Assembly (NCBI GenBank): GCA_963701965.1
Contig: OY969695.1
Span: 3,584,001-3,648,000 of the forward strand
Reading direction: 5' to 3'
From: an uncultured Gemmatimonadales bacterium
Lineage (GTDB): Bacteria; Gemmatimonadota; Gemmatimonadetes; Gemmatimonadales; Gemmatimonadaceae
DNA length: 64,000 nt
Position numbers and translations under genes: made by a program. Positions 49,057 to 58,133 of this stretch are shown piece after piece (position 1 is the stretch's first letter; each line of letters begins with the position of its first letter). The notes beneath the pieces are model-generated. The model was not told the origin of the DNA, searched no databases, and saw only the letters and a list, made by a program, of their open reading frames with translations.

Positions 49057-49092
49057 GACACGACTCCATAAAAGAAAAACGTCCAACCGTGA

Positions 49093-49121
49093 ATCCTAAG
49101 TAACTTTGTCGGCATTGTCAA
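49093..49121 (-). promoter_or_regulatory. Sigma70-type promoter of the suf operon, overlapped by an IscR/Rrf2-like operator (49092-49116)
   Basis: Minus strand TTGACA (49121-49116), 17-nt spacer, TAGGAT (49098-49093); AATGCCGACAAAGTTACTTAGGATT spans spacer and -10. Confidence 0.7.
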
Positions 49122-49205
49122 TTGTGCGGTAGTGGGTATCTGCTTGATTTGGTTAAAGTTACGCGATAGTGTCCCCTTTGGTTGGCTACGCGTCTTTAGT
49201 ACGGA

Positions 49206-50051
49206 ATGCCCTACCTCGCGTTCGGAACGACCATGCGCCAATTAGGCCCCGGCGTGCTCACCATCGGGAGCGCTCCCGAGGCGGGCTGGCGCGTGCTGGG
49301 GCAGGCCCTGGAGCCCCGCCACGCGATCGTGTCCCAGGAGATCGGCTGGGGCGGCCGGGCCCTGATTGAGCCCGGCTCGCTGACGGCGGTCATTGTGGTC
49401 AATGGCGTCGAAGTGGCCGGCGGGAAGGCGACGCTCGAGTTCGATGACGTCATTCGGCTGGGTATGGCCGAGTTTGTCTACCGGCGGAACGCCCTGGGAG
49501 CGGCCAAGGGCGGACCGTACCTGCGCGACCGACGGCGCGGCCGGGTCTATCTGCTGGGCGACCGTAACACGATCGGCCGTGATCCCATGAGCACCGTGGT
49601 GCTCACCGATCCAGATGTCTCCCGGATGCACGCCGAGATCGTCAAAGAGGGCGACGTCTTCTCCGTGCGCCCGCACGGACCGTCGGTCGTGTCCGTCAAC
49701 GGCGCGCGCGTCACCCGCCAGGCGACGCTCCGCGAGGGGGACGATATCTCCATCAGCGCGAGCGTGTTCCGCTTCACGACCGACCTGGGTTCGGCCACCG
49801 CGGTGTCGGTCGAGCCCCGCCGCCCCGGCGAAGCGGCCCCGCCTCGGCGCTCGAACGCGCAGACGATGTTCGTCGGGACCGTCGAAGCCCGCGACCGCCA
49901 AGCCCGGCGCACGAAGCGCAAGCTGACCCGCGGCGTGGCGACGGCCCTGACCATTGCCGCTGTGACGCTCTCGCTCGTCTGGCTCGCCATCGGCGCCCGT
50001 CAGCCGGCGGCAAGGCGCCACGCGCCATCGCGGCCGGGCGCCACCCGCTAA
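49206..50051 (+). CDS. Tandem FHA-domain protein with C-terminal TM helix
   Basis: Degenerate FHA1 'TIGS..EPRHA..VNG'; FHA2 'TIGRD..VSRMHA..VNG..LREGD'. Confidence 0.85.
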   Translation: MPYLAFGTTMRQLGPGVLTIGSAPEAGWRVLGQALEPRHAIVSQEIGWGGRALIEPGSLTAVIVVNGVEVAGGKATLEFDDVIRLGMAEFVYRRNALGAAKGGPYLRDRRRGRVYLLGDRNTIGRDPMSTVVLTDPDVSRMHAEIVKEGDVFSVRPHGPSVVSVNGARVTRQATLREGDDISISASVFRFTTDLGSATAVSVEPRRPGEAAPPRRSNAQTMFVGTVEARDRQARRTKRKLTRGVATALTIAAVTLSLVWLAIGARQPAARRHAPSRPGATR

Positions 50052-50067
50052 GGGCGACCGTTAGCCG

Positions 50068-50601
50068 TTAGTGACGGCCGGCGATCCGCAGGATCGCCAG
50101 GGCGCCGATCCCCACCAGCACGAGTCCAGCGCTGATCGTGACGAAGAGCTTTGGCGCGCCGCGTTCCGGCTCTTCCAGCGTGACGGGTTCGACCGACCGC
50201 ACGACCAACGTCTGCTTGAGCGTCGTCTGATCGGCGGGGCCGTCGGAGGCCTGCACGATGGTGAAGCCCTCGGGAAGCGGCTCGTGGACGAACCGGAGGG
50301 TGGTATCGCCGATCGCGATCACCGCGCCGTCGGCCAGCCGCCGCGGCGCCGCGATGCGCGCGCCGTCCACGGTCGACCCGGCGGCGCCCATCGAGTGCAA
50401 CGTGTACTCGATCCGCCGCCCACCGGTCTCGGGCCGGACTTCGGCGTGGAACCGGGAGACGTACGGATCCGCGAACCGGACGTGATTGACCGAGTCCCGA
50501 CCGATCATGAGCGTCGCGGTCCCCAGCGGGTACGCCTGCCGCGTTTTCTCGGAGACGAGAAACGCGCGGGCCGGGGCCGGGGAGCCGGTCGTATTATTCA
50601 C
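50068..50601 (-). CDS. FHA-domain protein with C-terminal TM helix
   Basis: 'IGRD..DPYVSRFHA..LADG..IGDT'; hydrophobic tail. Confidence 0.88.
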   Translation of the reverse strand: MNNTTGSPAPARAFLVSEKTRQAYPLGTATLMIGRDSVNHVRFADPYVSRFHAEVRPETGGRRIEYTLHSMGAAGSTVDGARIAAPRRLADGAVIAIGDTTLRFVHEPLPEGFTIVQASDGPADQTTLKQTLVVRSVEPVTLEEPERGAPKLFVTISAGLVLVGIGALAILRIAGRH

Positions 50602-50606
50602 GACTT

Positions 50607-51644
50607 ATGGACGATCGGACCTGCCGCCGCGTCGCACTGCTCTGGGTCGTCGTCGCGGCCGTAGGCGTGACGGGGGCCGCCGGCGCGTGCTCCCACCCGA
50701 AGCCGCCCGCCAAACCCGCCGACACGCTGGCCGCGGTCGACACGGTCGCCGACACGGTGGCCGGTCCCACGGACACGACGGCGGCACGGACGGTCGCGAC
50801 GCCACCGCCTCCGCCGCTGTCCCCCTTGGCCGACTCGATCGCGCAGTACGCGGTGTTCGCGCCGGCGACGCAGACGTGGTTCCTGGTGGCCGAGCGCGGC
50901 AAGCGCATGGTGCTCGATCTGGGACGCGTGGATATGGACGTCAAACGGCCGCGCCGTCACGCCGCCTATCTCGAGGCGGTGCGCCAACTCTCGCCCGTGC
51001 CGCTGGGTGCCCGGCTCCGCCTGCATGGGGTCTGGGGAGCGACCGATGTCGCCATCAAGGGTTTCGACGTGTGGAACGGCCGGATCGTCGCCACGCTGGA
51101 CGCGCCGCGGGAGATCGACTCGCTGGCCCGCGCCATCCCCACGTTCGTAGCGGCCGCCGAACGCGCCGACTCGGCCGATAGCGTCCGCGCCGACAGCTGC
51201 CAGCGCGGCAACGTCCCGGACTCGCTCAAACCCCGCGTCCTCGCGGTCCGCGACTCGCTCGTGTTCTGGCTCGAGTCCCTCCCGCCGCCGCCCTATCAGC
51301 GGCTAGTCAAATCCGAGCGCCCGCAATGGTCGACGGTCGTCGGGTGTTTCGGCGGCGCCCGCCGCATCGCCCTCGCGGTCGATCTCCGCGCCGGCAACAA
51401 CGAATGGATCCGCGAGCGCGTCGTGCTGATCGACACGCTCGGCGCCGTGACGACGCTGCGCGTCAGCGATCTGCGCTTCAAGGGGCACGATCTCTTGTTG
51501 GCGTTCGACGCCGACGGCGACGGGCTCGACGATCTCGCCACGCGCGGATTCGCCGAGGCATCGGGCGGTTTGACCGTACTCAAACTCACCGAGAAAAATC
51601 GACTGCAACGATTGGCGGGCGGGTTCGCGTGGGAGTCCCGCTGA
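50607..51644 (+). CDS. Hypothetical lipoprotein
   Basis: Signal peptide ending 'AGAC', Thr/Pro linker, FG-GAP-like 'FDADGDGLDDL'. Confidence 0.7.
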   Translation: MDDRTCRRVALLWVVVAAVGVTGAAGACSHPKPPAKPADTLAAVDTVADTVAGPTDTTAARTVATPPPPPLSPLADSIAQYAVFAPATQTWFLVAERGKRMVLDLGRVDMDVKRPRRHAAYLEAVRQLSPVPLGARLRLHGVWGATDVAIKGFDVWNGRIVATLDAPREIDSLARAIPTFVAAAERADSADSVRADSCQRGNVPDSLKPRVLAVRDSLVFWLESLPPPPYQRLVKSERPQWSTVVGCFGGARRIALAVDLRAGNNEWIRERVVLIDTLGAVTTLRVSDLRFKGHDLLLAFDADGDGLDDLATRGFAEASGGLTVLKLTEKNRLQRLAGGFAWESR

Positions 51645-51657
51645 TTATCATTCATCC

Positions 51658-51740
51658 ACTGACACGGGTGCGGGCGCGGGGTGCGCTCGCTGAGAACACA
51701 CCGTCGAACCTGATCCGGCTCGTACCGGCGTAGGGAGTCC
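51658..51740 (+). ncRNA. TPP riboswitch
   Basis: GGGTGC...GCTGAGA...GAACCTGATCCGG..TACCGGCGTAGGGAG directly upstream of thiC. Confidence 0.95.
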
Positions 51741-51747
51741 TCGCACA

Positions 51748-53100
51748 ATGCAGAGTCGCACACAGATGGCCGCCGCCCGCCGCGGCGAGATCACACCGGC
51801 AATGGCGTTCGTGGCGCGCCGTGAAGCGTTGCCGCCCGAGACCGTTCGCGCCGAGGTGGCCGCGGGCCGCCTCGTCATCCCGGCCAACATCGCCCATCTC
51901 GCCGGCAAGCTGGAGCCAATGGGCATCGGCGCCGTCGCCAAGGTCAAGATCAACGCCAACATCGGGACGTCGGCGGTCACGTCCAGCCTCGACGAGGAGG
52001 TCGGCAAGCTGGAGTTGGCGGTGCGCTACGGCGCGGACACGGTCATGGACTTGTCGACCGGTCACGACATTGATCGCGTGCGTGAGGCCATCGTCGCGGC
52101 GTCGACGGTGCCCATCGGCACCGTGCCGATCTATCAGGCGGTGCTGATGGGGAAAGAGCTGGAAGAGCTCACCGCGGACGACCTGCTCGGCGTCATCGAG
52201 CACCAGGCCCGGCAAGGCGTGGACTATATGACGATCCACGCGGGCATTCTGTTCGAGCATCTGCCGCTCATCCACGGCCGTCTGACCGGCATCGTGAGCC
52301 GGGGCGGGTCGCTGCTCGGCGTCTGGATGATGCACCATCGCCAGCAGAATCCGCTCTATGAACGCTATGACGACGTGCTGGACATTCTCCGCACGTATGA
52401 CGTCACCATCTCGCTCGGGGACTCGCTCCGCCCGGGTTGTCTCCATGATGCGAGCGATCGCGCCCAGTTCGCCGAGCTCGATACGCTAGGCGAGCTCACG
52501 CGGCGCGCCTGGGAACGCGACGTTCAGGTCATGGTCGAGGGCCCGGGGCACGTGCCGATGGATCAGATCGCGATGAACGTCCGGCGGATGAAAGAGGTGT
52601 GTCATGGGGCGCCGTTCTACACGCTGGGACCGCTCGTCGTCGACGTCGCGCCGGGCTATGACCACATTTCGAGCGCCATCGGCGCCGCGATGATCGGCTG
52701 GCACGGGGCGGACATGCTGTGCTATGTGACGCCCAAGGAGCACCTCGGCCTACCCAACGCCGAAGACGTGCGGCAAGGCGTCATCGCCTACAAGATCGCC
52801 GCGCATGCCGCCGACATCGCGCGGGGACGGCCCGGCGCGCGGGATCAGGATGACGCCCTGTCGCGCGCCCGCTATGCGTTTGACTGGAACGAGCAGTTCC
52901 GGTTGAGCCTCGATCCCGACCGGGCCCGGGAGTACCACGACGAGAGCCTGCCGGCCGAGTATTTCAAGAGCGCCGAATTCTGCGCAATGTGTGGGCCGAA
53001 GTTCTGCTCCATGCACCACTCGCGGACGCTCGACGAGGGCATCGCCGAGCTGGCGCGAGAGGCGCGGGAAGCCGCGGAAGGCGTGGTGACGGGCGCCTGA
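51748..53100 (+). CDS. thiC: Phosphomethylpyrimidine synthase
   Basis: 'KINANIG', 'DTVMDLSTG', 'VEGPGH', 'YVTPKEHL', 'CAMCGPKFC'. Confidence 0.97.
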   Translation: MQSRTQMAAARRGEITPAMAFVARREALPPETVRAEVAAGRLVIPANIAHLAGKLEPMGIGAVAKVKINANIGTSAVTSSLDEEVGKLELAVRYGADTVMDLSTGHDIDRVREAIVAASTVPIGTVPIYQAVLMGKELEELTADDLLGVIEHQARQGVDYMTIHAGILFEHLPLIHGRLTGIVSRGGSLLGVWMMHHRQQNPLYERYDDVLDILRTYDVTISLGDSLRPGCLHDASDRAQFAELDTLGELTRRAWERDVQVMVEGPGHVPMDQIAMNVRRMKEVCHGAPFYTLGPLVVDVAPGYDHISSAIGAAMIGWHGADMLCYVTPKEHLGLPNAEDVRQGVIAYKIAAHAADIARGRPGARDQDDALSRARYAFDWNEQFRLSLDPDRAREYHDESLPAEYFKSAEFCAMCGPKFCSMHHSRTLDEGIAELAREAREAAEGVVTGA

Positions 53101-53113
53101 CGCGGCAGTCGGC

Positions 53114-53710
53114 GTGCGTGTCGTCGCCACGGGTGTGCTGCTCGGGCTGGCCGCCTGCGCCCACGGTAGCGCGCCCGCCACGACGCCGACGCCGGAGCAG
53201 GCGCGCACCGCGCGCGCCGAAGGCGCCGCGACCCGGGCGATGACGACCGACACGGGGTATTTGCGATCCCGGGGATTGATGGTGCCTGTCCTCGGGGTGA
53301 CGGTGGATCACCTGAGTGACACGTTCTATGACCGGCGCGGCGCCGAGCGTGTCCACCGCGCTATCGACATCATGGCGCCGCGCGGCACGCCGGTTCTGGC
53401 AGCCGACGGCGGCGCGATTCTCCGGGTCTCGAGCAACACGCTCGGCGGCCTCACGATCTACGTGATCGATCCGCTCCGGCGACTCGTCTACTACTACGCG
53501 CATCTCGACCACTACGACCCGGTCGCCCGGCAGGGCGCGCCGGTCTCAAAGGGCGAGGTGATCGGCTACGTCGGCACGACGGGAAACGCACGAGGCGGTC
53601 CGTCGCATTTGCACTTCCAGGTCATGCGCTACGAGGATGCGCGCCGCTGGTGGGAGGGCACGCCGCTCGACCCCTACCCCTACTTTGCGACGACGGGGCA
53701 GGATCGCTAA
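53114..53710 (+). CDS. M23 family metallopeptidase lipoprotein
   Basis: 'LAAC'; 'HRAID', 'YYAHL', 'HLHF'. Confidence 0.92.
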   Translation: MRVVATGVLLGLAACAHGSAPATTPTPEQARTARAEGAATRAMTTDTGYLRSRGLMVPVLGVTVDHLSDTFYDRRGAERVHRAIDIMAPRGTPVLAADGGAILRVSSNTLGGLTIYVIDPLRRLVYYYAHLDHYDPVARQGAPVSKGEVIGYVGTTGNARGGPSHLHFQVMRYEDARRWWEGTPLDPYPYFATTGQDR

Positions 53711-53719
53711 CTTGGTCCC

Positions 53720-53983
53720 ATGCCCTACGTAATCACGGAAGCCTGCATAGGCGTGAAAGACAAAGCCTGCGTCAATGTTTGCCCGGTGGACTGCATCTAC
53801 GAGGGGGAGCAACAGCTCTTCATCCACCCGGATGAGTGTATCGACTGTGGGGCATGCGAGCCGGAGTGCCCGGTGACGGCCATCTTCCCCGAAGAGGATG
53901 TGCCGGGGACGTCGAAGCAATACGTGCAGATCAATCGCGACGTCTTTAAAGGTCCGACACCGCCGGGAAAGCCGACGCGTTGA
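53720..53983 (+). CDS. Dicluster ferredoxin (7Fe, FdxA-type)
   Basis: 'C..VKDKAC...CPVDC' and '[12 protein letters not shown]'. Confidence 0.95.
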   Translation: MPYVITEACIGVKDKACVNVCPVDCIYEGEQQLFIHPDECIDCGACEPECPVTAIFPEEDVPGTSKQYVQINRDVFKGPTPPGKPTR

Positions 53984-54043
53984 TGCGCTCCGCGCATCAC
54001 GCGTCTCGTCTCGTTTGAAGGGAGATTCCTTCGGAATCTCCCT
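53981..54043 (+). repeat. Hairpin-core-hairpin extragenic element, copy 1
   Basis: TGATGCGC-TCC-GCGCATCA; CGTCTCGTTTGAAG; AGGGAGATTCC-TTC-GGAATCTCCCT. Confidence 0.6.
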
Positions 54044-54066
54044 CTCGCTGATCAGTCCGCGGGCGT

Positions 54067-54669
54067 CTAGCCGGGCAGAAACCGCGCTTTGAGTATCAGC
54101 GCGACGACCAACGCGACGTACTGCAGAAACGTGCTCCGCTCGCTGATCACCGCTTCGCCCCAGTGGTGCGGCCCGCGGAGCGATCGTCCCATTGTCTTGA
54201 GCGGCCACCACCGCGACGTCTTGGCTTTGTAGGCGAGATACTCGGCGCCGAAGATCGACTCCAGCACGCCCTCTTCGTAGGCGACGATGAAGTGGTACTC
54301 GATCGCGAAGAGCAGCAACGCCACCAGCGGAAACCACGCTACGCCGGACATCACGGCGAACCCGACCCAGATCAGGGCGTTGCCCACGTACAGCGGATTG
54401 CGCGTGTAAGCGAACGCGCCCCACGTCACGAGCTCTTTGACGTTGCGCGACCGCCGCCGCGTCACCGTTCCCGCGGCGGCGACTCCGGCGATCCGCGTGA
54501 GCTCGCCCCAGAGGATGAACCACCCGCCGATGACCCACGTGGCCAGCCACTGGCGGCCGGGCACGGCGAGGCCAATGAGCGCGATGGGCACGGGTAGGAA
54601 GCTGCGACAGCGGAACAGCCAAGCGCCGACGCGCGCCGCCCGCGTCTCTTCCGCCGCACTGATGGCCAC
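54067..54669 (-). CDS. Isoprenylcysteine carboxyl methyltransferase/PEMT family membrane protein
   Basis: 'LVTWGAFAYTRNPLYVGN', 'EEGVL..FGAEYLAY'. Confidence 0.88.
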   Translation of the reverse strand: MAISAAEETRAARVGAWLFRCRSFLPVPIALIGLAVPGRQWLATWVIGGWFILWGELTRIAGVAAAGTVTRRRSRNVKELVTWGAFAYTRNPLYVGNALIWVGFAVMSGVAWFPLVALLLFAIEYHFIVAYEEGVLESIFGAEYLAYKAKTSRWWPLKTMGRSLRGPHHWGEAVISERSTFLQYVALVVALILKARFLPG

Positions 54670-54872
54670 TAGCGCCGGCCTTCGCGGCCGAGCGCGAACC
54701 AGCCAATGGCGCCAAGCAGGGGCACGGCGACCACGATGCCGGTCCAGAGCCCCTTCGCCTTACGCGAATGCACGGGACTCCGCCACACGGACACGAGGGC
54801 CGCGATGTCCACGGCAACCAAGAAGAGGAGCGCCGCGTCCAGAGTTCCCCCGCCCGCTCCTCCGATCACCAC
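54669..54872 (-). CDS. Small PLDc_N-domain membrane protein
   Basis: 'DIAALVSVW...K.LW..IVVAVPLLGAIGWFALG' two-helix pattern. Confidence 0.75.
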   Translation of the reverse strand: MVIGGAGGGTLDAALLFLVAVDIAALVSVWRSPVHSRKAKGLWTGIVVAVPLLGAIGWFALGREGRR

Positions 54873-54885
54873 GGAAGGTCAGACG

Positions 54886-56358
54886 CTATTTACACCCGGA
54901 CGCTGTGGCCGACGCGAGCACGTTGACCCGCCCGAAGTTATAGGCCGGGTCCGGTCGCTTTCCGGTGACATTGTCCGCGTTGTTGAGCACGCATTTCTTG
55001 AGCGTGGCCGGCGACAGCGGGGCCGCCGCGTTCGCCTTGATGACGGCGATCTCGCCGGTGACGAGCGGCGCCGAGAAGCTGGTGCCGGCGCCGATCAAGA
55101 GCTGGTCTTCCTGGCCCGGGCAGAGCGGGGCCGGGGTGGCCGAGCTGCAGGCGCCAATCACCAACTCCGAGTCGAGGGCCGCCGACGTCGTGTCGAACTC
55201 GTTGCCGCCGGGTGCGAACACACCCACGCCCAGTGAGCCGAAGTTCGAGTACGACGCAATGTCATCAAACGATCCGTGGGTCAACGGACCGGTGGCGCCG
55301 ATCGACAGGATGCCCGCGATCCCGCCAGGATACTCCAGGCTGTCGGCATAGTTGCCGTTGGTGTTGGACGTCGCCGTGTTGAAGTTGACGCCCTCGTTGC
55401 CGGCCGCCGCCACGTATTGGACGCCGCGCGCGGCGCCGTACTGGACAACCCCCTCGATGAGGTCGGCGATCGCCAAATTCGTGGCATCGGTGCGCGACAG
55501 GTAGCCGCCGCTGCTGATGTTGGCGACGTCCGCATTCTGGTCGGCGGCGTACAGCATCCCATTGAGCAAGCCGAAGAGATCGCCAGACCCGGAATCGTCG
55601 AGCTCGCGCACCATCGTGATCATCGCCTGGGGCGCGGTGCCCGCGATCTTGACCGAGTTGGTGGTGATGATCGAAGAGACAAAGGTCCCGTGCCCCACGA
55701 CGTCGTGTCCGAAGGGCAGCGGGTTGAGCATCAGCGTATCCGTCGGCGCGTACGCGAACGATATGCTGTTCTTCGTGTCGATCTTGCCGGTCAACTCTTC
55801 GTTCGCCGTGTCGACGCCCGTGTCCAGCACGTAGACGTGCATCCCCTTGCCCTGGTTCGTGACCTGCCAGGCGCTATCGGCTTTCGTCACGTGCATGTTC
55901 CACTGGACTGCCACGGCCGTTGCGCCCCGCGGATCGCCTTTGACGCCGAATCCGCGATGCGGGAAGGCACTCAAGCGGCGGAGCCCAACCTTGGTCGGGC
56001 GCAGCGTGATGGTGAGGTCCGGCACGACCGCGCGTACGGCGCCCATGGTCCGCAATTCGCCGGCGGCCTTCGCCGACAGGCCTGACACGAGCGCGATACC
56101 GAATCCCGCATGCACGTGCAAGATCCGACCGCCGCCCTTGGCAATGGCGGCCTCGAGTGCAGGCGCCGGCGCTCCCGCACTGCCCATTCGCACAATGTAG
56201 CGGGGCGAAGCGGGAAGGGGCGCGTCGGGGGATTGGCGAGTGGCCGTCGTTGTCATCGGATCAGAGCAGGCGGCGACGACGGCGGCTCCGCCGACTATGA
56301 GGCACAGCGCGAGCTGGCGCACCGGGCGGACGGGGTTTGGGACCATGGGCGCGAACAT
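54886..56358 (-). CDS. S8 subtilisin-family serine peptidase lipoprotein; start uncertain
   Basis: 'VAAC' lipobox; triad 'LDTG', 'GHGT', 'GTSFSAP'; 'AAAGN'. Confidence 0.92.
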   Translation of the reverse strand: MFAPMVPNPVRPVRQLALCLIVGGAAVVAACSDPMTTTATRQSPDAPLPASPRYIVRMGSAGAPAPALEAAIAKGGGRILHVHAGFGIALVSGLSAKAAGELRTMGAVRAVVPDLTITLRPTKVGLRRLSAFPHRGFGVKGDPRGATAVAVQWNMHVTKADSAWQVTNQGKGMHVYVLDTGVDTANEELTGKIDTKNSISFAYAPTDTLMLNPLPFGHDVVGHGTFVSSIITTNSVKIAGTAPQAMITMVRELDDSGSGDLFGLLNGMLYAADQNADVANISSGGYLSRTDATNLAIADLIEGVVQYGAARGVQYVAAAGNEGVNFNTATSNTNGNYADSLEYPGGIAGILSIGATGPLTHGSFDDIASYSNFGSLGVGVFAPGGNEFDTTSAALDSELVIGACSSATPAPLCPGQEDQLLIGAGTSFSAPLVTGEIAVIKANAAAPLSPATLKKCVLNNADNVTGKRPDPAYNFGRVNVLASATASGCK

Positions 56359-56476
56359 GCCCGCGTGCACGGACGACGTCAACCCCGACGTTGGGCGGCC
56401 CCGAGTTGGCCCGCTCATACTCGACGCGGATACGCACCGCTCGCGCGCGGACGTCCCACGCTACATAATTGCGCGC

Positions 56477-57193
56477 ATGCGCCTTCGTCCCGTTTTCTCC
56501 ATCGCGTCCGTGTCCCTTGCCGCGATGCTCGCGGCCTGCGGATCGTCGTCCACCGGGCCCGCGCCCGCGACCTTTTCGGACGCGCTGCATCTCGATTCGC
56601 TGGCTGTGGCCGCCGCGGTCGCCGGCAACTTGGACCTCAACAACTTGTTGACGTATCCCATCGCGGTGTTGGGCGAGGGCATTCCGGCGGCCAACGGGTC
56701 GCTGAGCGTCAATGGCGCCGCACAGCCGTACCAGGTTGCGGTGCTGGAGGTCGTGGGTACGACCGGCGGGCAGACCCCGGTCCCCAGCGACTCGTTCTTC
56801 GTGATCTCGTCGTGGACCAAGCCGGACGCGTCGACGTTGCTCTTCGTCCAGGTGGATGCGCCGAACACGATCATTCAGCTCGAGGGCATCGAGGGGACGC
56901 GCATCGTGGACACGCTCGCGGCTGCCCCGTCGGCGTCGGTGGGAGCGTTCAAGCAGACCGGCGGCTGCCACACGCTCAAGACGTCGACCACGGCGGCCTA
57001 TCTGCTCCAGGGCACGACGTGCACGGCCGGGAATATTCCGGCGGCATTCTCCGTGTCGTTCGCCAACGGCGCGCACTCGTACATCCTGGCCCAGGCGACC
57101 GTGCCGGCCGCCCGCATCGTGCTTCCCGCGGGCAGCGGCGGGCAACAACGCGTCAGGGCGCTCCTGCACGCGCTGCGCGTCGGTCATACGTAA
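56477..57193 (+). CDS. Hypothetical lipoprotein
   Basis: 'MRLRPVFSIASVSLAAMLAACGSSSTGP'. Confidence 0.75.
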   Translation: MRLRPVFSIASVSLAAMLAACGSSSTGPAPATFSDALHLDSLAVAAAVAGNLDLNNLLTYPIAVLGEGIPAANGSLSVNGAAQPYQVAVLEVVGTTGGQTPVPSDSFFVISSWTKPDASTLLFVQVDAPNTIIQLEGIEGTRIVDTLAAAPSASVGAFKQTGGCHTLKTSTTAAYLLQGTTCTAGNIPAAFSVSFANGAHSYILAQATVPAARIVLPAGSGGQQRVRALLHALRVGHT

Positions 57194-58133
57194 GCCAGAA
57201 TAGCGTGGGCCCGCGCTCCGTCGACCGGCGGAGCGCGCTGGCGAGTGCCTTCGCGCTGTAGGTGTCGTCCACGTCGAGGCCGTCGAGTCGCGGTGGGGGG
57301 TCGAGCGGTCGCCCGTAGGCGCCGCCGTACACGGAATGATCGATCTCGATGGGAGCCGCGGGCATCGACTCCCGCGGCGTACCCGACAGTCGCTGCAATA
57401 GCCCCCGGGTCGCGCGAATGAGCCGTCGGAGACGCCATGCGCTGGCCGCCAGACGCGGCACCACCCGCGCGGCGACGACCACGCCGTCGTAGCCCCCGAG
57501 CCCAAGGCCCAGCGCCAAGCCGGCGGCGGTGCCACCGCTGCCCAGGGGAACGACGATGCGGGCTGGTGCGGGGAGCACCCCGGCGGCGATCTGGCTGGCG
57601 AGCTCGAGGCCGGCGTTGACGTGACCGAGCATGCCCAACGGCGACGTGCCGCCGAGCGGCACGCAATGATAGCCACGGCCCCGCGGCAGGGCGTAGCGTG
57701 CCAGGGCCGTCACCGCGAAGGGCGACGGGAGCACCCGCCAGCACCGTTCCTGACACGAGCGCTCGGTCTCGCGCGCCGAGGCGTTCATCTCGTGGGGCCA
57801 GGTGAAAGCGATCGTTCGGGCGCCGAGCAACGCCGCGTGCGTGGCCGTGGCGAGCACATGGGTGGAGCCCTGGCCGCCGAGGGTGACGACGGTGTCCCCT
57901 GGGCCAACGGTGCCCAACAGGTATTCGAGGGCCCGGACTTTGTTGCCTCCGGCAACCAATGCGCTGAGGTCGTCGCGCTTGACCCAGAGCTCGACGCCGC
58001 CGGGGCCGCGATGCCGCTCGACTGGCGTGGGCAACGTCGTGAGCGGGGCCCGGGGAACGCGAGCCAGCGCGGGGAACCGGTTGGTGAGCGCGGACGCGGT
58101 GCTAGATTGCCCACACTGTGTCTCAACCGTCAC
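57153..58133 (-). CDS. ACC deaminase/D-cysteine desulfhydrase family PLP enzyme; start uncertain
   Basis: 'PTPV', 'WVKRDDL', 'GGNKVRALEYL', 'GSGGTAAGL', 'DTYSAKA'. Confidence 0.85.
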   Translation of the reverse strand: MTVETQCGQSSTASALTNRFPALARVPRAPLTTLPTPVERHRGPGGVELWVKRDDLSALVAGGNKVRALEYLLGTVGPGDTVVTLGGQGSTHVLATATHAALLGARTIAFTWPHEMNASARETERSCQERCWRVLPSPFAVTALARYALPRGRGYHCVPLGGTSPLGMLGHVNAGLELASQIAAGVLPAPARIVVPLGSGGTAAGLALGLGLGGYDGVVVAARVVPRLAASAWRLRRLIRATRGLLQRLSGTPRESMPAAPIEIDHSVYGGAYGRPLDPPPRLDGLDVDDTYSAKALASALRRSTERGPTLFWLTYDRRAARAGAP

